Below are positions 58,338 through 64,000 of a stretch of DNA of 64,000 bases, piece by piece (the first letter of the stretch is position 1; each line of letters starts with the position of its first letter). The position numbers were made by a program, and so were the translations under genes. The DNA comes from Polyangiaceae bacterium UTPRO1 (GTDB taxonomy: Bacteria; Desulfobacterota; Binatia; UTPRO1), in the NCBI GenBank assembly GCA_002050235.1, contig MWST01000035.1, positions 67,693-131,692 on the forward strand, read 5' to 3'. A model generated the notes under the pieces. The model saw nothing but the letters and a program-made list of their open reading frames with translations, was not told where the DNA came from and did not search any database.

Positions 58338-60038
58338 ATGGGAAACGAACGCTGGGACTGCATCGTCGTCGGATCCGGGCTCGGCGGTCTCGCCTGCGCG
58401 GCCTATCTTGCCGCCGCGGGCCGCCGTACGCTCGTGCTCGAGTCGCACTACGTCGCCGGCGGCAACTCGCAGGTGTTCCGCCGCCGCGTGGCGCAGCACG
58501 ACTTCGAGTTCGACGTCGGCATCCACTACATCGGCGAGTGCGGACCCGAGGGCAAGATCACGCGCATACTCCGCGGAGTCGGGATCGCCGACCGCGTCCG
58601 CTTCCGCGAGCTCGACCCCGACGGCTACACGACGCTAGTCTTTCCCGACTTCACCTTCCGCATCCCCACCGGGTGGGAGCGCTACCGCGAGCGGCTGCTG
58701 GCGACGTTCCCGGCCGAGGCGAGTGCGCTCGCGGCGGTGCTCGACATCATGCAGGAGGTGGCGGCCGGCGCCGGCCGCCTGCGCGCGGGCGAGATCGACG
58801 AGCTCACCCTGTTCGCCGAGTGTCCGGCCTTCCTCGCGTGGGGCCTCCGCCCCGTAACCGAGCTCTTCGCGCATCACGGCCTCTCGCTGCGCGCGTCCGC
58901 CGTACTCCTCGGCGAGAGCGGCGACTACGGCGTGCGCCCCTCCAAGACGCCGGTCGTGCTGCAATCGGGCCTCACCGACCACTACATGCGCGGCGCCTTC
59001 TACCCCGAGGGCGGCGGCCAGGTGCTCGCCGCCCGGCTCGTCGAGGCGATAGAAGCGTACGGCGGCGAGGTGCGCACGCAGGCTCCGGTCCAGCGCATCC
59101 GCTGCGATGCCGCGGGCCGCGTCGCCGGGGTCACGGTCGGCGGCAAGCCCGGCCGGCCGACTGCGGAGATCGACGCCCCGGTCGTGGTGTCGAACGCCGA
59201 CCTCAAGCGCACGTGCCTGGAGCTCGTCGGTCGCGAGCGCTGGAGCAAGGAGACGCTGGAGCGCGTCGAGCGCTTCCGCATGTCGCTGCCGCTATTCTGT
59301 TGCTACCTCGTGCTCGATGCGGACCGGGTCACCGGGCAGCCGAACACCAACTACTTCCTCTGGGGCAGCCACGACATCGAGAGCATCTACGCCGAGCTCG
59401 AGGATGGCCGCCTTCCCGACGCGGACTTCGCGTACGTCACGGTCGCTTCGCGCAAGGATCCGACGAACACCCGGATGGCGCCCGCCGGCTGGACCAATCT
59501 CCAGATCATGACCCTGGCGCCCCGTGAGTACGCACTCTGGCACGCCACCGAGGGCCCCGCGACCGCCGGCAACGCCTACCATCGCGACCGCGGGTATCGC
59601 GATGCGAAGGCCGTGCTCATGGAGCGCTTGATCCACGCCGCCGAGCGAGTGCTCCCCGGGATCGGCTCCGAGATCTACTGGAAGGAGGCGGCGTCGCCGC
59701 TCACGCAGGAGCGCTTCACGCGCTCGACCGGCGGTACCAGCTACGGCATCGAGTTCGCGATCGACCAGATGGGCCCGATGCGGCTCGGACCGCAGACCGA
59801 GATCGAGGGACTCTTCCTGACCGGCGCGAGCACCCCTTCGGGACACGGCATCGGCTCGGTCCTGCGAGGCGGCGTCGCTACGGCGGGAGCGGTGCTCGGA
59901 AGGAATCTCCTCGCCGCCGCTTGGAAGGGCGAGGTCATGGGCGACCCGAGCCGGCTGCCCGCCGCCGACCGGCTCGAGGACGCGTGGCAGGCCTGCCGCG
60001 GCCGGGCACGCCGCGGCCTCGCGGCGGAGCGCCTCTAG
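58338..60038 (+). CDS. NAD(P)/FAD-dependent oxidoreductase (phytoene-desaturase/CrtI-like family)
   Basis: ATG 58338 gives MGNERWDCIVVGSGLGGLACAAYLAAAGRRTLVLE (dinucleotide-binding fold). 566 aa. The track start 57903 is a shadow extension. Confidence 0.75.
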   Translation: MGNERWDCIVVGSGLGGLACAAYLAAAGRRTLVLESHYVAGGNSQVFRRRVAQHDFEFDVGIHYIGECGPEGKITRILRGVGIADRVRFRELDPDGYTTLVFPDFTFRIPTGWERYRERLLATFPAEASALAAVLDIMQEVAAGAGRLRAGEIDELTLFAECPAFLAWGLRPVTELFAHHGLSLRASAVLLGESGDYGVRPSKTPVVLQSGLTDHYMRGAFYPEGGGQVLAARLVEAIEAYGGEVRTQAPVQRIRCDAAGRVAGVTVGGKPGRPTAEIDAPVVVSNADLKRTCLELVGRERWSKETLERVERFRMSLPLFCCYLVLDADRVTGQPNTNYFLWGSHDIESIYAELEDGRLPDADFAYVTVASRKDPTNTRMAPAGWTNLQIMTLAPREYALWHATEGPATAGNAYHRDRGYRDAKAVLMERLIHAAERVLPGIGSEIYWKEAASPLTQERFTRSTGGTSYGIEFAIDQMGPMRLGPQTEIEGLFLTGASTPSGHGIGSVLRGGVATAGAVLGRNLLAAAWKGEVMGDPSRLPAADRLEDAWQACRGRARRGLAAERL

Positions 60039-60164
60039 GGCTAACGATCAGCGAGTGTCCGCCGTCACATGCATGCAGATGGCCACAACAACCGCATCCG
60101 GAGGCGCGCCATCTGCCTCACAGGTCGCTAGCGTCTCGAACGGCCGTCTGACGCGAGAGGCACC

Positions 60165-61283
60165 ATGAAAACCGAGATCTGCAACCGCCTGGAAATCGAA
60201 TTTCCGATCTTCGCCTTCAGCCACTGTCGCGACGTAGTCGCGGCGGTCAGCAACGCCGGCGGCTTCGGCGTGCTCGGCGCGGTCGGCTTCTCCGCCGAGC
60301 AGCTGCGGGTCGAACTCGACTGGCTCGACGAGCACGTCGGCGGCGGCTACGGCGTCGACATCGTCATCCCCGGGAAGTACGTCGGCATGGGCGAGACCGA
60401 TGTCGAGAAGCTGCAGGCGATGCTCGCCGCGCAGATCCCTGCCGAGCACCGCGCCTTCGCCAAGAAACTCTTGGCCGACCACGGCGTGCCCGAGCTCCCC
60501 GCCGACGAGAAACCCCGCGAGCTCCTCGGCTGGACCGAGGCGACCGCCGGCCTCCAGGTGGCGGTCGCCCTCGAGCATCCCAAGGTGAAAGCCATCGCCA
60601 ACGCCCTCGGCACGCCTCCGGCCGAGGTGATCACGGAGATCCAGGAGACCGGCCGTCTGGTCGGCGCCCTCTGCGGCAGCGCCAAGCAAGCTCTCGCCCA
60701 CAAGGCGGCGGGAGTCGACTTCATCATCGCCCAGGGTACCGAGGGCGGCGGCCACACCGGCGAGATCGGCAGCATCGTGCTCTGGCCCGAGGTCATCGAA
60801 GCCGCGGCGCCGATCCCCGTGCTCGCCGCGGGCGGTATCGGCACTGGCCGGCAGATGGCGGCGGCGATGGCGCTCGGCGCCCAGGGCGTGTGGACCGGCT
60901 CGATCTGGCTCACCGTCACCGAGGCCGACACGCCGCCGGCGCAGAAGGAGAGCTTCTTGCGAGCGACGAGCAAGGACACCGTCCGCTCGCGGTCGTGGAC
61001 GGGGAAACCCTGTCGCATGCTGCGCAACGACTGGACCGAAGCCTGGGAGAAGCCGGAGAACCCGAAACCGCTCGGCATGCCGCTCCAGTTCATGGTGACG
61101 GCGGAGGCCGTGACCCGCGGCCACCACTACGCCGCCAAGGCGCAGGCGGTCGGGTTCAATCCCGTCGGCCAGATCGTCGGCCGCATGAACGAGATCCGCT
61201 CCGTGCGCCACGTGATCCAGGACATGGTGCAAGATTACATCGCGGCCACCGAACGCTTGCAGGGGCTGCTGCCGGGCGCCTGA
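60165..61283 (+). CDS. nitronate monooxygenase (NMO/2-nitropropane dioxygenase family)
   Basis: 372 aa with FPIFAFSHC..VSNAGGFGVLGA and IIAQGTEGGGHTG (FMN site). Confidence 0.8.
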   Translation: MKTEICNRLEIEFPIFAFSHCRDVVAAVSNAGGFGVLGAVGFSAEQLRVELDWLDEHVGGGYGVDIVIPGKYVGMGETDVEKLQAMLAAQIPAEHRAFAKKLLADHGVPELPADEKPRELLGWTEATAGLQVAVALEHPKVKAIANALGTPPAEVITEIQETGRLVGALCGSAKQALAHKAAGVDFIIAQGTEGGGHTGEIGSIVLWPEVIEAAAPIPVLAAGGIGTGRQMAAAMALGAQGVWTGSIWLTVTEADTPPAQKESFLRATSKDTVRSRSWTGKPCRMLRNDWTEAWEKPENPKPLGMPLQFMVTAEAVTRGHHYAAKAQAVGFNPVGQIVGRMNEIRSVRHVIQDMVQDYIAATERLQGLLPGA

Positions 61284-61367
61284 GGCACCGGCGCTCCGGC
61301 GCGCGATCGTCGCCGCAGCTCGGAGGCCATCCGCTCGCGGGGAGCCCGCAAGACGGCGCCGCTCCGC

Positions 61368-62549
61368 TCAGAGCTGCATCTGGCGCGCGGCGAGGTCGCG
61401 CATGATCTCTTCGCTACCGCCGCCGATCGCGTTGACGCGCACCTCGCGGTAGATGCGCTCGACCTTGTTACCGCGGAGATACCCGGCGCCGCCGAGCACC
61501 TGCATGGCCTCGCGGGCGCAGAACTCCATGGTCAGCGTCGCCTGGACTTTGAGGAGCGCCAGGTCCGCAACCGGAGTCTCGCCCTGCTGCACGCGCCAGG
61601 CGCAGTTCTCCAGATAGGCCTGGGTCGCGTTCACCTGGCGCAGCATCTCCGCAAGCTTGTGGCGGATGACTTGATGGTCGGCGAGCCGCTTGCCGAAGGT
61701 GCGCCGCTCCCGAGCGTAGCGTGCCGCCTCGACGAGACAGGTGCGCGCGTAGGCGGTCGCGCTCGCCGCCATCCCGAGGCGCTCGCCGTTGAAGTTCAGC
61801 ATGATGCCGAAGAAGCCCTGGTTCTCGGCGCCGATCAGGTTCGCTGCCGGCACCCGCACGTCGTCGAAGTAGAGCGCCGCCGTGTCAGAGGCCCACCAGC
61901 CCATCTTCTCGAGACGGGTGCGAGACACGCCGGGGCGGTCGAGCTCGATGAGCAGCAGCGAGATGCCGCCGTAGCCGGGGTCGCCGGTGCGGACCGCAGC
62001 CGTCACGTAGTCGGCGCGCAGGCCGCCGGTGATGAACATCTTGCTGCCGCGGACGACGTAGACGTCGCCCTCGCGTACCGCCCGCGTCTGGATGTTGGCC
62101 ACGTCGCTGCCGGCGTCGGGCTCGGTTATGCCGAGGCAGATGTGCCGCTCGCCGGCGAGGACGGGCGGCGCGATGCGGTTCTTCATCTCCTCGGAGCCGA
62201 GTGCCAGCACCGGCGGGAGGCCGATCGCGTGCACCAGCAAGGACGCGAAGATGCCGCCCGCTCCGACCTGCGCCGTCTCCTCGGCCGTGACGATGTGGTG
62301 GAAGCGATCGATCCCCGCCGACGTGCCGCCGTATTGCTCGGGATAGCCGAGGCCCAGGAGACCGACCTCCGCCGCCTTCCGGTACAGCTCGAGCGGGATC
62401 TCGCCCGCTGCTTCCCAGACATCGACGAAGGGAGCCACCTCCTTGGCGACCCAGCGCCGCAGCGTGTCGCGCCATTCGCGATGGTTGTCGTTGTAGAAAG
62501 GCGACGTCGGCTTCGTCGAATCGAAATCCAGGGCGGCAGCGGACGGCAT
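61368..62549 (-). CDS. acyl-CoA dehydrogenase
   Basis: GGAGG lies 6 nt upstream of ATG 62547-62549; ATG 62555 is an alternative. ACAD blocks GITEPDAGSD and QVLGGAGY...ERIYREVRVNAIGGGSEEIM. Confidence 0.85.
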   Translation of the reverse strand: MPSAAALDFDSTKPTSPFYNDNHREWRDTLRRWVAKEVAPFVDVWEAAGEIPLELYRKAAEVGLLGLGYPEQYGGTSAGIDRFHHIVTAEETAQVGAGGIFASLLVHAIGLPPVLALGSEEMKNRIAPPVLAGERHICLGITEPDAGSDVANIQTRAVREGDVYVVRGSKMFITGGLRADYVTAAVRTGDPGYGGISLLLIELDRPGVSRTRLEKMGWWASDTAALYFDDVRVPAANLIGAENQGFFGIMLNFNGERLGMAASATAYARTCLVEAARYARERRTFGKRLADHQVIRHKLAEMLRQVNATQAYLENCAWRVQQGETPVADLALLKVQATLTMEFCAREAMQVLGGAGYLRGNKVERIYREVRVNAIGGGSEEIMRDLAARQMQL

Positions 62550-62690
62550 GGTCATCCTCCCGTAACGATGTGGCCGAGTGCGGCCCGGCCGCACCCCTTA
62601 CAGGAGCCGCAGCAGCGACGCGAACCGCAAAGACCCTGGAGCCGGCATGGCCGACCGCCGCCCGACAGGCACGCGTCCCGGCGGCACCAG

Positions 62691-64000
62691 TCAAGCCGCC
62701 GGCGCGGTGATTCGGATCAGGTAGTCGAAAGCGGCGAGCGCCGCCTTGGCGCCGTCGCCGGCGGCGATGACGATCTGCTTGTAGGGCGAAGTGGTAGCGT
62801 CGCCGGCGGCGAAAACGCCCGGGGTGCTCGTGCGACCGTGATCGTCGACGATGATCTCGCCCGTCGGTGCGAGCTCGATTGCCCCGCGCAGCCAGTCGGT
62901 GTTCGGCAGGAGCCCGATCTGGACGAATACCCCGGCGACGGCGAGATCGTGGAGAGCTCCCGTCGTGCGCTCTTCCCAGCGCAGGCCGGTCACCCGCGCG
63001 CCGTCGCCGACGACCTCGGTAGTGCGCGCGCCGAGTACGACCTCGACGTTCGCGAAGCTCCGGAGCTTGCGCTGCAGGACGTCATCCGCCTTGAGCGCGT
63101 CCATGAACTCGAGGAGCGTTACGTGTTCGACCACCCCGGCGAGATCGATCGCCGCCTCGACGCCGGAGTTGCCGCCGCCGATGACGGCGACCCGCTTCCC
63201 CTTGAAGAGCGGGCCGTCGCAGTGCGGACAGTAGGTGACGCCGCGCGTCCGGTACTCGGCCTCGCCCGGAACGTTCATGTCGCGCCAGCGGGCGCCGGTC
63301 GCGAGCACGATGCTGCGCGCCGCGAGGCGCGCGCCGCTCGCCAGCTCGACGACGATCGGGTCGCCGGGCACGAGCTTCACGGCGCGCTCGAGCTTCATGA
63401 CGTCGACGGCGTAGGCGGCGACGTGGGCCTCGAGCGCAGCGGCGAGCTTCGGGCCCTCGGTCTCCTGTACGGAGATGAAGTTCTCGATGGCGTTCGTGTC
63501 GAGCACCTGGCCCCCGAAGCGCTCGGTTACTATACCGGTGCGAAACCCCTTGCGTGCCGCGTAGATGGCGGCCGCCGCACCCGCCGGCCCGCCGCCGACG
63601 ATCAGGACGTCGAAGACCGGTTTGCGGTCGAGCGCCCGAGCGCGCCGGTCGGCGGCGCCGGCGTCGAGCTTCGCGAGCAGCTCCTCGATCTCCATGCGGC
63701 CCTGACCGAGGAGCGCTCCGTTCAGGTACACGGTCGGCACGGCCAGCACCTGCCGCTCGGCCACCTCCTCCGGGAACGCCGCTCCGTCGATCGCGACGTG
63801 AGTGACGTCGGGATTGCGCGCCGCCATCAGGTTCAGCGCCTGCACGACGTCGGGACAGTTCTGACACGACTGCGAGAAGTAGGTCTCGAAGTGGAGCGGT
63901 CCGGAGAGGGCCTCCACCTGCCTCAGCACCTCCTCGTCGACCTTCGGCGGGTGGCCGCCGACGTGCAGCATGGCCAGTACCAGCGAGGTGAACTCGTGTC
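62691..64000 (-). CDS. ahpF: alkyl hydroperoxide reductase subunit F (N-terminus beyond the right window edge)
   Basis: The frame stays open past ATG 63969-63971 to the window edge. [47 protein letters not shown] and [10 protein letters not shown] align with E. coli AhpF as I remember it. Confidence 0.85.
   Translation of the reverse strand, partial: HEFTSLVLAMLHVGGHPPKVDEEVLRQVEALSGPLHFETYFSQSCQNCPDVVQALNLMAARNPDVTHVAIDGAAFPEEVAERQVLAVPTVYLNGALLGQGRMEIEELLAKLDAGAADRRARALDRKPVFDVLIVGGGPAGAAAAIYAARKGFRTGIVTERFGGQVLDTNAIENFISVQETEGPKLAAALEAHVAAYAVDVMKLERAVKLVPGDPIVVELASGARLAARSIVLATGARWRDMNVPGEAEYRTRGVTYCPHCDGPLFKGKRVAVIGGGNSGVEAAIDLAGVVEHVTLLEFMDALKADDVLQRKLRSFANVEVVLGARTTEVVGDGARVTGLRWEERTTGALHDLAVAGVFVQIGLLPNTDWLRGAIELAPTGEIIVDDHGRTSTPGVFAAGDATTSPYKQIVIAAGDGAKAALAAFDYLIRITAPAA

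Noticed and set aside
60075-60116. 9-bp inverted repeat gcagatggc ... gccatctgc with a 24-nt loop between the oxidoreductase and NMO genes, plus the catgcatg palindrome
   Set aside because: The loop is too long and there is no T-tract for a confident terminator call. No adjacent regulator suggests an operator. This is plausibly chance at this GC content.

Overview
High-GC bacterial chromosomal window: about 70% GC on 60-nt lines I hand-counted, dropping to about 53-60% around 44-48 kb. It is gene-dense on both strands. OM beta-barrels, a BepA-like M48 protease, an HlyD/ABC exporter and lipoproteins indicate a diderm. The style resembles deltaproteobacterial, Myxococcota-like or Binatota-like MAGs, but taxonomy cannot be verified here. 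I support 46 protein-coding genes and found no rRNA, tRNA, CRISPR array, transposase or integrase. Housekeeping content: plsB, two L,D-transpeptidase-type genes, hisC, purU, hemB, an oxidative pentose-phosphate cluster (fused tal-pgi, zwf, gnd), trmO, membrane pyrophosphatase hppA, a TetR-HlyD-ABC2 exporter operon, modA, an acyl-CoA dehydrogenase and a partial ahpF. Most interesting accessory content: (1) At 12.3-17.5 kb, three consecutive secreted proteins (two of unknown function and an S8 subtilase) each start with the same Cys-bracketed dockerin-like module. They are followed by a lipoprotein with a Thr/Pro linker and a possibly cohesin-like domain. (2) At 19.1-26.4 kb, a translationally coupled operon encodes a PP2C phosphatase, a 1676-aa Ser/Thr kinase with about twelve Ala-rich helical repeats, a secreted unknown protein, and an M10 metalloprotease carrying a fourth copy of the dockerin-like module. 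Together these suggest a non-cellulosomal, possibly kinase-linked, surface protease-docking system; this is inference. (3) At 44.1-48.0 kb, a lower-GC two-gene island encodes a giant modular secreted protein with near-identical 102-bp tandem repeats. (4) At 32.7-35.0 kb there is an orphan 775-aa Cys-rich secreted protein. Many very long ORFs in the supplied track are GC-rich shadow frames and were rejected.
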